Positions 23,776 to 32,000 of a stretch of 32,000 bases of DNA are shown here, one piece after another. The notes beneath the pieces were generated by a model. It made no database searches. It was not told the DNA's origin and worked only from the letters and a program-made list of their open reading frames with translations. How positions within the stretch are numbered: the stretch's first letter is position 1; each line of letters opens with the position of its first letter. Origin of the DNA: Zestosphaera tikiterensis. Its GTDB lineage: Archaea > Thermoproteota > Thermoprotei_A > Sulfolobales > NBVN01. The translations under genes were made by a program, and so were the position numbers. The stretch covers positions 360,001 to 392,000 of the forward strand of contig NBVN01000004.1 of the NCBI GenBank assembly GCA_003056265.1. The letters run 5' to 3'.

Positions 23776-25314
23776 GTGATGGAGATAGTAATGTTATGGT
23801 GGTTTAAGTCGCCATTAGAAAGCGATAGGAGGTTGTGGGAGCATCCTATACTGTCTTTCCACCGCGGTAGGAAGGTTAAGTTTTTATTTGAGGGGCGGGA
23901 GGTTGAGGCTTACGAGGGGGAGAGTGTAGCCGTAGCTCTATATGCAGCAGGCATTAACGTCTATTCCTGGAGTCCATCGCTTCATAGACCTAGAGGCCCA
24001 TTCTGCATGATAGGTAAATGCAGTAGTTGTTTTATGGTTGTGAATGGCGTACCTAACGTTAGGACGTGTAGGGAACCGGTTAAAGATGGTTTGATGGTTG
24101 AGAGGCAGGCTGGGTGGGTACCGCCCCCCTCACCCCATAACGACTCTATCGGAAGTCAATCACGTGAGGAGGAGTTACGTACGGACGTCCTCATAGTTGG
24201 CGGTGGCCCGGCAGGTCTTGCCGCAGCTATTAAACTCTCCGAGTATGGTCTTGACGTAACGTTAGTTGACGAACATTTTAAGTTAGGCGGTCAACTACTT
24301 AAGCAAACACATAAGTTCTTCGGATCTCAAGAACTTTTCGGAGGTTTACGAGGTTTTCAAGTGGCTGAGAAGCTAATCTCTAAGTTACGTGAGGTAAGCA
24401 ACGTAAGGATATTCACAGAAACAACGGCTTTCGGGGTTTTCAGGGGTGGCGTCGTAGGTTTAGCGTCGAGAGACAGTGTTGTATGGGTTAAGCCTAGAGC
24501 TGTGATAGCCTCCACCGGAGCTCAAGAACGTTACTTAGACTTCATAAATAACGACCTGCCCGGCGTTATAGGTGCTGGAGGCGTTCAGACCTTAATGAAC
24601 GAGTTCGGCGTTAAGCCAGGTGAAGAAGCCCTCGTAGTGGGCTCCGGTAACGTCGGCGTGATAGTTTCATACCAACTACTTCAAGCGGGAGTTAAGGTTA
24701 GAGCCGTTTTAGAGCTTCTTCCCGAGATAGGTGGGTGGTTCGTCCACGCGGCGAAGTTAAGGAGGTATGGCGTGCCTATACTGACCAGCCACACCATAAA
24801 AGCAGCTCTAGGTAGTGAGAGGGTTGAGGGGGCTGTGATAACCGCGGTAGATGAGAGGTTTAAACCCGTAGAAGGTAGTGAAGAAGTGATTAAATGCGAC
24901 CTCATACTGCTTGCTGTGGGGTTAGAGCCTGACGCAAGGCTTCACGCGCAAGCGGGAGCCGTTATGAAGTGGGTTCCGGAACTCGGGGGTTTAGTTCCGG
25001 TGAGGACTGAATACCTTGAGACGTCCGTACCCAGTATGTACGTGGCTGGCGACGCTTCAGGAATTGAGGAAGCAACTACAGCGATGGTTGAGGGGTGGGT
25101 AGCGGCGCTTGCTATAGCGAGTAAAATGGTTGATGGATCTAAAGCTGAGAAAGCTCTAAACGAGTTGACAAAGTATAATAAGTTCTTATGGAGTGAGTAC
25201 AGATCCTCACCGGTAATAGCTAGGGCTAGGAAGGGTAAGGAATCTGTAACGGTAACTCAGGAGGAGATGGAGAGGCTTAGAGCTACGTACCCACCGCCGA
25301 TTCACTTCAGGTGA
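23776..25314 (+). CDS. proline-dehydrogenase-type complex alpha subunit (SoxA-like 2Fe-2S N-domain plus FAD/NAD(P) pyridine-nucleotide-disulfide oxidoreductase)
   Basis: 512-aa ORF with N-terminal FLFEGREVEAYEGESVAVALYAAGI..GPFCMIGKCSSCFMVVNGVPNVRTC, then the dinucleotide fold DVLIVGGGPAGLAAAIKL and a second one, VVGSGNVGV. A more likely start is ATG 23791, about 25 nt after an A/T-rich box. Confidence 0.75.
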   Translation: MMEIVMLWWFKSPLESDRRLWEHPILSFHRGRKVKFLFEGREVEAYEGESVAVALYAAGINVYSWSPSLHRPRGPFCMIGKCSSCFMVVNGVPNVRTCREPVKDGLMVERQAGWVPPPSPHNDSIGSQSREEELRTDVLIVGGGPAGLAAAIKLSEYGLDVTLVDEHFKLGGQLLKQTHKFFGSQELFGGLRGFQVAEKLISKLREVSNVRIFTETTAFGVFRGGVVGLASRDSVVWVKPRAVIASTGAQERYLDFINNDLPGVIGAGGVQTLMNEFGVKPGEEALVVGSGNVGVIVSYQLLQAGVKVRAVLELLPEIGGWFVHAAKLRRYGVPILTSHTIKAALGSERVEGAVITAVDERFKPVEGSEEVIKCDLILLAVGLEPDARLHAQAGAVMKWVPELGGLVPVRTEYLETSVPSMYVAGDASGIEEATTAMVEGWVAALAIASKMVDGSKAEKALNELTKYNKFLWSEYRSSPVIARARKGKESVTVTQEEMERLRATYPPPIHFR

Positions 25315-25320
25315 TCTTCA

Positions 25321-25818
25321 ATGGCTACACACACCCCAAACTACAGGAAAACAGGCGTTATAACTGTTGAGGAGCTTAAGAAACTTAATCAAATCCCCAC
25401 AGAAGAGAGGATGTCTAAAGGGCCTGCTGTAGTTATTGAATGTCCTGAACCGATACCATGTAATATCTGCGTGTCCGCATGCCCCTTCAAAGCTATATGG
25501 ATGGAGAGCATAATAGACCTACCGAAGGTTGATTGGAGTAAATGCGTAGGGTGTGGCGTATGCGTTGCTTTATGTCCTGGGTTGGCGATATTCGTCGTTG
25601 ACTTATCTAAGCCGGATAAGGCTTACGTAACCGTACCCCACGAGTTCCTACCGGCTCCTAAGGCAGGTGATGAAGTCATTCTGTTAAATAGGTATGGTGA
25701 GCGGGTAGGCAAGGGCAAGGTAGTTAAGGTGTGGGAGAGGAATAAAACCTACGTAGTCACTGTGGAAGCACCTAAGGAATTAGCTCTTGAGGTGAGGGCT
25801 ATATGGGTGGAGAAGTGA
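25321..25818 (+). CDS. 2x[4Fe-4S] ferredoxin-type subunit (gamma-like) of the dehydrogenase complex
   Basis: 165-aa ORF with Cys clusters CPEPIPCNICVSACP and CVGCGVCVALCP. Confidence 0.75.
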   Translation: MATHTPNYRKTGVITVEELKKLNQIPTEERMSKGPAVVIECPEPIPCNICVSACPFKAIWMESIIDLPKVDWSKCVGCGVCVALCPGLAIFVVDLSKPDKAYVTVPHEFLPAPKAGDEVILLNRYGERVGKGKVVKVWERNKTYVVTVEAPKELALEVRAIWVEK

Positions 25819-26090
25819 AGGGTAGGATAATAATCTGCAGATGTAATGATGTGACGTTAGAGGACGTAGAGAAAGCTATCGACGCAGGGATAGACGACTT
25901 CGAACTTTTAAGAAGGTATCTTAGGCTGGGATTCGGCCCCTGCCAAGGCAGGAGTTGTTTAGCTATAGCCGCGAGAGTCTTCGCGAGGAAGACAGGTAAG
26001 AAAGTAGATGAGGTGCTATCCGGCTGGAGAGTTCGGCCCCCTATAGTCCCCATCAACATAAGTGCTTTCATATCTGAAGGAGGTGATTAA
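25803..26090 (+). CDS. BFD-like [2Fe-2S]-binding small subunit (delta-like)
   Basis: 95-aa ORF with CRC...GPCQGRSC, the BFD-like 2Fe-2S pattern. It overlaps the previous gene by 16 nt. Confidence 0.7.
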   Translation: MGGEVKGRIIICRCNDVTLEDVEKAIDAGIDDFELLRRYLRLGFGPCQGRSCLAIAARVFARKTGKKVDEVLSGWRVRPPIVPINISAFISEGGD

Positions 26091-26091
26091 G

Positions 26092-27231
26092 GTGAGGGTT
26101 CTAATCGTCGGGGCTGGAGTAAGCGGTCTCTTCATAGCTTACGAACTAGCTATGAAGGGGGTTAGGGAAGTCGTAGTGGTTGATAAAAGCTACCCAGGCA
26201 GTGGAGCTAGTTTAAGAAACGTAGCGTGTTTTAGATCTTCGTTTACATCGCCTGAGCATGTCCTATTAATGAAGGAAAGCATTAAGAAGTGGTTGGAACT
26301 TAAGGACAGGCTTAACTTAGACATAGAGCAAAGCGGTTATTTATGGGTTGCTAGGAAACCAGAAACTTTAGACACGTTTAGAAAGTTAGTAAGTTTCTAC
26401 CACAGCTATGAAATACCTGCGAAGATACTTAACGTTGATGAAGTGAAGGGTTTAGTACCTAAGATAAACTCTAAAATAATCTCTGGAGCCATGTTCGACC
26501 CCACAGCAGGTAAGATGGGCATACTTAAGAACTTCGTTAAAATCTACTTAGAGACTAAGAAAGCAGGCGTTAAGATAATACCATACACGGAGGTTAAGAA
26601 GTTAATCACCTCAAACGATAGGGTTGTAAGCGTTGAAACAAGCAGAGGGGTTTTAGAAGCCGACGTTTACGTTGTGGCTGCCGCCGGAGATAGTAAGCGT
26701 TTGCTAGAGCCTCTAGGGGTTCACCTACCTATTAAGGACGTTCCCCGCCATCCGATGATTACAGAGCCCTACGCCGCAGACTATAGGCTCGGCCTACTTA
26801 TAGATTGGGACACGCCCGGATCACCGCATATAACGCAGACCGTGCATGGAGGCTTTATATTAGCTAGGGATTTAGAGGACATACCTGAGGCTTCGCTGTA
26901 CTCCCCAAGAAGTGACGCATTTAAAAACATAGTTAAGCCTCTTGCGGAACTCCTGCCGTTTCTAAAACACCTTAAGATAGTTAGGTATTGGATGGGATAT
27001 TACGACATGACACCGGATCACCACCCAATCTACGGTCCGGTAGATCAGTACATGAACTTATTCATAGCTGCTGGGTTCAGCGGGCATGGAATGATGCTCG
27101 CGCCAGTAACTGGCGAGGTCATCTCAAGCTGGATTATAGAAGGTAAGCCTTCAATACCAGTAGCTCAGAACCTCACGTTGGAGAGGTTTAAAACAGGTAA
27201 GCTAGTTAGAGAATTAGCCGTCATAGGTTAA
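26092..27231 (+). CDS. FAD-dependent oxidoreductase, beta subunit (L-proline dehydrogenase / sarcosine-oxidase-beta-like, DAO family)
   Basis: GTG 26092 (VRVLIVGAGVSGL) lies directly after the delta stop and is preceded by GGAGGTGA; the track start is 26062. It has a DAO-family dinucleotide fold and the C-terminal block AAGFSGHGMMLAP. Confidence 0.8.
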   Translation: MRVLIVGAGVSGLFIAYELAMKGVREVVVVDKSYPGSGASLRNVACFRSSFTSPEHVLLMKESIKKWLELKDRLNLDIEQSGYLWVARKPETLDTFRKLVSFYHSYEIPAKILNVDEVKGLVPKINSKIISGAMFDPTAGKMGILKNFVKIYLETKKAGVKIIPYTEVKKLITSNDRVVSVETSRGVLEADVYVVAAAGDSKRLLEPLGVHLPIKDVPRHPMITEPYAADYRLGLLIDWDTPGSPHITQTVHGGFILARDLEDIPEASLYSPRSDAFKNIVKPLAELLPFLKHLKIVRYWMGYYDMTPDHHPIYGPVDQYMNLFIAAGFSGHGMMLAPVTGEVISSWIIEGKPSIPVAQNLTLERFKTGKLVRELAVIG

Positions 27232-27331
27232 AATCAAGGAATTGTTAAACCTCCTAGTCTAAAGGATTTACATGTAGATAGACGTTAACGTTTAATACTT
27301 CATTAAGCGGAGATTATACGGTATAGACTCG

Positions 27332-28582
27332 ATGTTTAATGAGGGGGTTTGCGCTTTATGTAGGGGTAGTAAGTACTTATGCGGTCTTACGTACTGCCCC
27401 ATAGTCGTTAAGTTCTACAGCGAGTTAAGGTTGAAGCCAGTTATGTTTAAAGATGAGGTTGGGGGTTCTTCACCACCTTCAGTTTTTGTTGGGAGGTATG
27501 GCTACCCTAAAGTTAGGGTTGGTCCTTCAATACCGCCTGTTTCTGGGGATACGTCAGACTACGACTTACCCGAGGTTTGGGTCGGCAAACCTTTAGAGGA
27601 GATACTCTCGAAAAGACTCTCCATGGTTGTAGGCGTTACTGAAGTAAAGGTTGACGATCTAAACTCTAAAATCCTCGAGAAGATTCAGGAGATCGCGTTA
27701 TCGGAGAGATCTGTTTTCACGGAGTTGAAGCTCTCTAAATTGATAAGTAGGAAACCCGTGATCTCAGAGGAGGTTCCACCCCTCGGGGTTAGAGTTCTTA
27801 TTAACGACTTAAGACCTGAAAGCAACGTTAGTTTCGGTAGGGCTGTTGAGAAGGTTTTTAACGACTTCGACATGCGGGCATCTGAGGCAGTAATAAAACT
27901 ATATGTTGAGGGCATCCCGATATCGAGGATTCAGAGGGTTTTATCCGTTGGTGCTTTAGGTAAGAAAAGCAAGAGAAGGTTGGTTCCGACTAGATGGTCT
28001 ATAACGGCTGTTGACGACATAACATCTAAGCACTTGATTAAGAAGTTGCTGAATTATGAAGAACTTAATGAAGTGCTGGTTTACGTTAGGGAGTATATGA
28101 AGAATTTATTCATAGCTATTTTACTTCCAGGTATTTGGAGTTATGAGTGGATTGAAGCTTGGTTCCCGGGAAGTACGTGGAACGTCTTCGGAAGGGTTGT
28201 AAGTATAGAGGGGGATTACGAAGGCCCTAGCGGTAGGTCGGATTATGCGCTACCCGGGGGTTGCTACTACGCAGCTAGGTTAGCGGCAGCAGAGCATCTC
28301 TACTACCGCATTAAGAGGCAGGCTATGGTCTTTCTATATAGAGAGATATACGAGGGTTTCAACATACCCGTTGGTGTTTGGTTCGTTAGGGAGAACATTA
28401 GGAAAATGTTTGAGGGGAGGCCTATGAAGTTCAGCGACGTAAGTGAAGCCATAGCTGAAGTTAGTAAGTATACAGCAGTCCCGATTGAGGACGTGGTTAG
28501 GAGATCTAGGATATTAAGTAGTTATGGTAAGGTGAGGAGACTTGATTACTACTCAACATTCAGTAGTTTTAAACGGGGTTAA
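27332..28582 (+). CDS. nreA: Nre-family DNA repair protein (archaeal NreA-like)
   Basis: 416-aa ORF with the N-terminal Cys cluster CALCRGSKYLCGLTYCPIV, followed by SPPSVFVGRYGYPKV, RLVPTRWSITAVDD and GVWFVREN blocks, as I remember them for Nre. Confidence 0.7.
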   Translation: MFNEGVCALCRGSKYLCGLTYCPIVVKFYSELRLKPVMFKDEVGGSSPPSVFVGRYGYPKVRVGPSIPPVSGDTSDYDLPEVWVGKPLEEILSKRLSMVVGVTEVKVDDLNSKILEKIQEIALSERSVFTELKLSKLISRKPVISEEVPPLGVRVLINDLRPESNVSFGRAVEKVFNDFDMRASEAVIKLYVEGIPISRIQRVLSVGALGKKSKRRLVPTRWSITAVDDITSKHLIKKLLNYEELNEVLVYVREYMKNLFIAILLPGIWSYEWIEAWFPGSTWNVFGRVVSIEGDYEGPSGRSDYALPGGCYYAARLAAAEHLYYRIKRQAMVFLYREIYEGFNIPVGVWFVRENIRKMFEGRPMKFSDVSEAIAEVSKYTAVPIEDVVRRSRILSSYGKVRRLDYYSTFSSFKRG

Positions 28583-29390
28583 GTACGTCTGGATTAAAGT
28601 GAAGTCCGCCCTCGTTAAGTCCGGGTTGAAAGACTACACTTACGCGTTAAACCCCTACGTAGGATGTTACCATGGATGCAACTACTGCTATGCTAGAGCT
28701 TACGTAAGATACCCTGACGTAAGGGATAATTGGGGTTATGTCGTGTATATCAAGGAAAACCTCCCACAAATCTTAAGAAGTGAGGTAAGGAAGTTAAAGC
28801 CTGCTGTCGTTGGCTTAGGAACGACTACAGATCCTTACCAACCGATAGAAGCTGTAACTAAGATAACTAGGGAGAGCTTGAACACCTTACTTAAAAACAG
28901 GTTTAAAGTGGTAATTCAGACGAAGTCTTCGTTAGTAATTAGAGATTTAGACATACTTAAAGAACGGAAGGACTTAGTTGAGTTGGGATTCACGATAACT
29001 ACCTTAGATCAAAACTTAAGTAGGGCTTTAGAGCCTAGAGCGTCGCCGCCGAAAGCTAGGGTTGAAGCCCTACGTAAGGCAGCATCGGCGGGGATAAGGA
29101 CGTGGATATTCTTAGGTCCGATAATACCTGGAGTAAACGATTCTCCAGAGTCGATTAAGGAAGTTTTAGAGGTAGCTCGTGAGAGCTCATCAACCGTGTA
29201 TTACGACTGGCTTAGGTTTAAACCAGGTCTAGAGAGTTTCTTCAGCTATCTAAACATAGACTTAAGTAGGTACTTAAGCGGTGATGAATACAAGATATGG
29301 AGGCGTAAAACATCGCAAACCATACTTAAGATCTGTGAAGAGTTAAACGTTAAATGCGCTTCAGAATTTAACGAATATTCTATCACTTAG
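28542..29390 (+). CDS. radical SAM protein, SplB-like (COG1533 'DNA repair photolyase' type)
   Basis: 282-aa ORF with NPYVGCYHGCNYCYAR (CxxxCxxC) close to the N-terminus, a typical SplB-like layout. It overlaps the nreA end by 41 nt, and no alternative ATG is available. Confidence 0.75.
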   Translation: MITTQHSVVLNGVKYVWIKVKSALVKSGLKDYTYALNPYVGCYHGCNYCYARAYVRYPDVRDNWGYVVYIKENLPQILRSEVRKLKPAVVGLGTTTDPYQPIEAVTKITRESLNTLLKNRFKVVIQTKSSLVIRDLDILKERKDLVELGFTITTLDQNLSRALEPRASPPKARVEALRKAASAGIRTWIFLGPIIPGVNDSPESIKEVLEVARESSSTVYYDWLRFKPGLESFFSYLNIDLSRYLSGDEYKIWRRKTSQTILKICEELNVKCASEFNEYSIT

Positions 29391-30498
29391 CAACTAAATC
29401 AATCAACCACTTAACGCTATCTTCACTTAATAACTTCCTACCCCCTCTACAGACCTCCTTAATTTCCTCGGGGGCTTCAGAAACACATACATCGCTTAAC
29501 TCCCTAGCTAGTATATGAGGGAATTTCAGAAAAACACTTAATTCCTCAACTATAGAGTACTTAACTTTATGTCTGGGTAGGGCGTCAGCAATCACCCTAT
29601 AGTATATGTAGGGGAAGAAAAGCAACACAATTAAGAAGGATATAAACGCGTACGTTAGGAAAGCATCTTCAACAACTAGCCTCAGCCTTAACGGGTTGAT
29701 TAACGACGCAATTAAATACGATAGGTCGCCGGAGGTGATTAACTTCGATAGAGGTTCGGCCTCTAAGCCGTATTTAGACCCGTCGACGATCACCGTAGGT
29801 GGTTTATCACCGCATAAGTACGTCAGTATCGAGTTTAAGAACCTTACGTAGGGGTTGATGGATGATGGGGTAACCAGAGCTGCGTTAGTAAAGACGGACC
29901 CATCGCCTATAACCAACAATTTGCTTTTGCTTAAGTTCTCTTCAGCGGCAATTTTAAACCCACTGACCTCAGAAAGTACTTTAACCCCGCCCCCGGTAAC
30001 GTTTAAAGCTGATGCGTACGCAAAGTATATGCTATGCCTAACCCCGCCGATCTCAACAACGGCTTCAAAAGTTTCCTCACTACCTACGTAAACCCTAGTA
30101 TTGGAGATCCTCACGTGAGATTTTAAAGCGTTTAAAACTGCGTTGCTGAAAACACCTTCATCAGCTATAATTACATGAGTTCCTCTAAAAGTCAAGTCTT
30201 CAATTACGTTTAATTCATAACTGTAGTAAGGCTTCTCAGGGGATATTATCATCAACACATTACATGACCCCTCAACATTCGGCCTGGCAAGGAAATCCCA
30301 ACCTTTAATCACGTAAGTGTTGTAACCCCACATCCTCAAAAGCTGTATTAAGTTGCTAGTGCCGTCATACTCTACGTTATCAGGTGAAGCACCTGAATAT
30401 CTTACACCAACTAGTAAAGGCTCTAAAGACAGAGCAATCACCAACATCAACGTAAGGAGGTAAGTGGTTGACCTACGCATGCTCTCTACAACCTTCAC
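29383..30498 (-). CDS. DUF4350-like membrane-anchored protein
   Basis: 371-aa ORF with an N-terminal TM, a ~270-aa alpha/beta ectodomain (YDGTSNLIQLLRMWGYNTYVIKG...VLMIISPEKPY...THVIIADEG...LLVIGDGSVFTN), a C-terminal TM and a tail. Confidence 0.55.
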   Translation of the reverse strand: MKVVESMRRSTTYLLTLMLVIALSLEPLLVGVRYSGASPDNVEYDGTSNLIQLLRMWGYNTYVIKGWDFLARPNVEGSCNVLMIISPEKPYYSYELNVIEDLTFRGTHVIIADEGVFSNAVLNALKSHVRISNTRVYVGSEETFEAVVEIGGVRHSIYFAYASALNVTGGGVKVLSEVSGFKIAAEENLSKSKLLVIGDGSVFTNAALVTPSSINPYVRFLNSILTYLCGDKPPTVIVDGSKYGLEAEPLSKLITSGDLSYLIASLINPLRLRLVVEDAFLTYAFISFLIVLLFFPYIYYRVIADALPRHKVKYSIVEELSVFLKFPHILARELSDVCVSEAPEEIKEVCRGGRKLLSEDSVKWLIDLVAK

Positions 30499-30697
30499 TT
30501 CTTAAATACGTTAGTAAAGCTAACCCGCTAAGTAGTGAGATTATAGAAGATACGTATCTCTGAATTAAAGAGAGCCCCACCGACAATATTAAAAGAGCAA
30601 CACCGACGAAGAGTAGGAGTGACCTATACCTAACTTTAAATAAGTCCGTCAAACCTACGTAACACCTCCTCAATAATAGACTCTTCATAACCCTCAA
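30473..30697 (-). CDS. small 2-TM membrane protein
   Basis: 74-aa ORF with two hydrophobic helices. It overlaps both neighbours on the same strand. The coding call is weak. Confidence 0.35.
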   Translation of the reverse strand: MRVMKSLLLRRCYVGLTDLFKVRYRSLLLFVGVALLILSVGLSLIQRYVSSIISLLSGLALLTYLRSEGCREHA

Positions 30698-31454
30698 AAT
30701 AGCTTGCTGTTATATAGTCGTAATTCAAAATTAAGAGAGTTAGGATCAAAACGTAGGTAACGATGTTTAAACCTTTTTTAAAGATCATGATTGAAAAAAC
30801 CGTAGTTAAAGCTAAGGAAACCCAGACAGAGTTGAAAAACCCTAATGGAGTAAACCTAAAAACAGTTAAGAAAAGCAGGTAGGTAAGCAACCCTACGAAA
30901 AACGCTCTACTTAAGTATTGAAACAACGAATTTAAGCTAGGCAATCTTAAGTCCAGCAAGTTTAAAACTTTAAACTCACATTCCAGGCCGTAGAGAAACG
31001 TCTGAAAGCCTGTTAAACCATAACCTGAAATTAAAGATATGAAGACTAAAGTGAGTGCGTTAAAGATGTTGAACTCATAAATAGAGAATTTTAAGAGCGA
31101 TAAACCACATGCTATAAGTACTGGGGTTATATACGTTATTGAGGCTTTTTTAAAGCCTATGAAGGTTCTAACTATTAAAATAATGACGAAATACGTTAAA
31201 AACTCAGTGAAAAACTCCGTAGGCCTGAAAGCTTGAGTTATTAAAGCAAGCATCGTAATGACTAATACATACCTATATGAAGTCCTTAACGTAAAGTATG
31301 TAGCAACTACGGAAAGCGTTAACCACGTGAGTAGGGGGTTGCTTGAGATGTAGGCTATAATTAACGAGGAAATGAAGAAAAGCGCTTCAATAAAGTCTTT
31401 ATTAATTGATGCTAAGCTTTTTGAGTTTCTCGCCAATTCTCTTAACAGTTTCAA
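30636..31454 (-). CDS. polytopic membrane protein (about 7-8 TM), function unknown
   Basis: 272-aa ORF, hydrophobic throughout. It overlaps the upstream DUF4129-like gene by 53 nt. Confidence 0.6.
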   Translation of the reverse strand: MKLLRELARNSKSLASINKDFIEALFFISSLIIAYISSNPLLTWLTLSVVATYFTLRTSYRYVLVITMLALITQAFRPTEFFTEFLTYFVIILIVRTFIGFKKASITYITPVLIACGLSLLKFSIYEFNIFNALTLVFISLISGYGLTGFQTFLYGLECEFKVLNLLDLRLPSLNSLFQYLSRAFFVGLLTYLLFLTVFRFTPLGFFNSVWVSLALTTVFSIMIFKKGLNIVTYVLILTLLILNYDYITASYFEGYEESIIEEVLRRFDGLI

Positions 31455-32000
31455 TCACCTCCCCATTTTCCTCACGTCGAGCAAACCTAATTAATTCATA
31501 GTAGAGTGTGATCCTATCGATATCAGCTATTAAATCACTATGTCTAAATCCTTTAACTTTTAATTTATCAACAATTCTGTTTTTTATCTCCCTATGTGTT
31601 TCGTGATCTTCAACAACTATACCCAGCTTATGAGCTAACGAATCCACAACCTCCCAGAAAGTTTTAATAACCTCGCTAAGGTTCTCCATAACTACGAACC
31701 TATTCCTCGACGAGATACCGCCTTTGAAGCCTTTAAGGTTTAGGTTTGAGGTTAAATACCTGAATATTAAAGCTATGGAGGCTATAGCAGGGGCTATGAG
31801 GAGTATTACTGGGGTTAAACCCTCAAAAGCGGTTGTGATTGAGGGTTTACCGCCGATAATCCCTACCTCTACGTAGGGTTTACTCGAATAGTTTTCAAAG
31901 GTTTTAATCGTAGGTCCTAACTTGTTAATGTTCTCCAGTAAGGGCGCGATCTTCTGAAGTATTGCGTAGCCGAACTCATCACTTAAAGTTAAGTCTTCTA
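31402..32000 (-). CDS. DUF4129-like membrane protein, 5'-partial (open to the window end)
   Basis: The track lists only 31402-31689, but the same frame stays open to 32000 in my translation (...GLTPVILLIAPAIASIALIFRYLTSNLNLKGFKGGISSRNRFVVMENLS...). It shows a TM helix, then a tail with ETHREI...ITLYYELIRFARRE, the pattern I associate with DUF4129. Confidence 0.55.
   Translation of the reverse strand, partial: EDLTLSDEFGYAILQKIAPLLENINKLGPTIKTFENYSSKPYVEVGIIGGKPSITTAFEGLTPVILLIAPAIASIALIFRYLTSNLNLKGFKGGISSRNRFVVMENLSEVIKTFWEVVDSLAHKLGIVVEDHETHREIKNRIVDKLKVKGFRHSDLIADIDRITLYYELIRFARREENGEVIETVKRIGEKLKKLSIN

Noticed and set aside
1011-30091. About 22 short track ORFs (60-145 aa) lying antisense or out of frame inside longer genes. 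They are 1011-1199, 2753-2935, 3886-4119, 4253-4450, 6168-6365, 7534-7755, 9891-10301, 11165-11419, 12243-12452, 14949-15242, 15798-16025, 17887-18102, 18986-19423, 19886-20116, 20168-20419, 21454-21723, 21618-21821, 22920-23141, 24681-24905, 25799-26071, 27685-27915 and 29855-30091.
   Set aside because: Each is fully embedded in a longer ORF that has recognisable family motifs. Their products are low-complexity (S/P/T/L-rich) with no motifs, as expected for shadow ORFs.

Overview
This is a gene-dense archaeal chromosome segment. Supporting signs are TATA-box and leaderless-style gene starts, plus Hel308, NreA, Lrp/AsnC, DUF134/DUF5320 and a four-subunit proline-dehydrogenase-type operon. GC is roughly mid-40s percent by eye. 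The gene content suggests a peptide-fermenting hyperthermophilic crenarchaeote, but that is inference only. I support about 38 protein genes and found no rRNA, tRNA or CRISPR array. The main functional theme (2.0-9.1 kb and 14.4-16.0 kb) is gamma-glutamyl, pyroglutamyl and 5-oxoproline salvage: M19 dipeptidase, GGT, a DUF3311-like small subunit with an SSS transporter, PxpABC, DppA and Pcp. Other blocks are an orphan OadB-type Na+ pump subunit, a molybdate/tungstate ABC transporter, Nnr, an MBL hydrolase, the alpha-gamma-delta-beta flavoenzyme operon, an NreA plus radical-SAM pair, and a DUF4129/DUF4350 membrane operon. The most unusual object is a ~690-bp imperfect palindrome (12816-13505). 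It has a perfect 74-bp inner stem and a GC-rich 268-nt core that folds into several hairpins. Inward-facing TATA-like boxes sit in both arms, along with four copies of a GTGTGGGAGG decamer. It lies in a 737-bp non-coding gap and ends exactly where a ferritin gene is truncated. I could not assign it to any RNA or IS family I know. Secondary curiosities are a divergent DUF5320/DUF134 pair sharing an 8-4-8 palindrome, an MBL gene bracketed by long AT-rich spacers with degenerate ~85-bp direct repeats, and a ~380-bp AT-rich non-coding island bounded by a 12-nt inverted repeat. There is also a frameshift-split PsiE-like gene. All calls rest on reading the sequence and on remembered family motifs; no searches were run.
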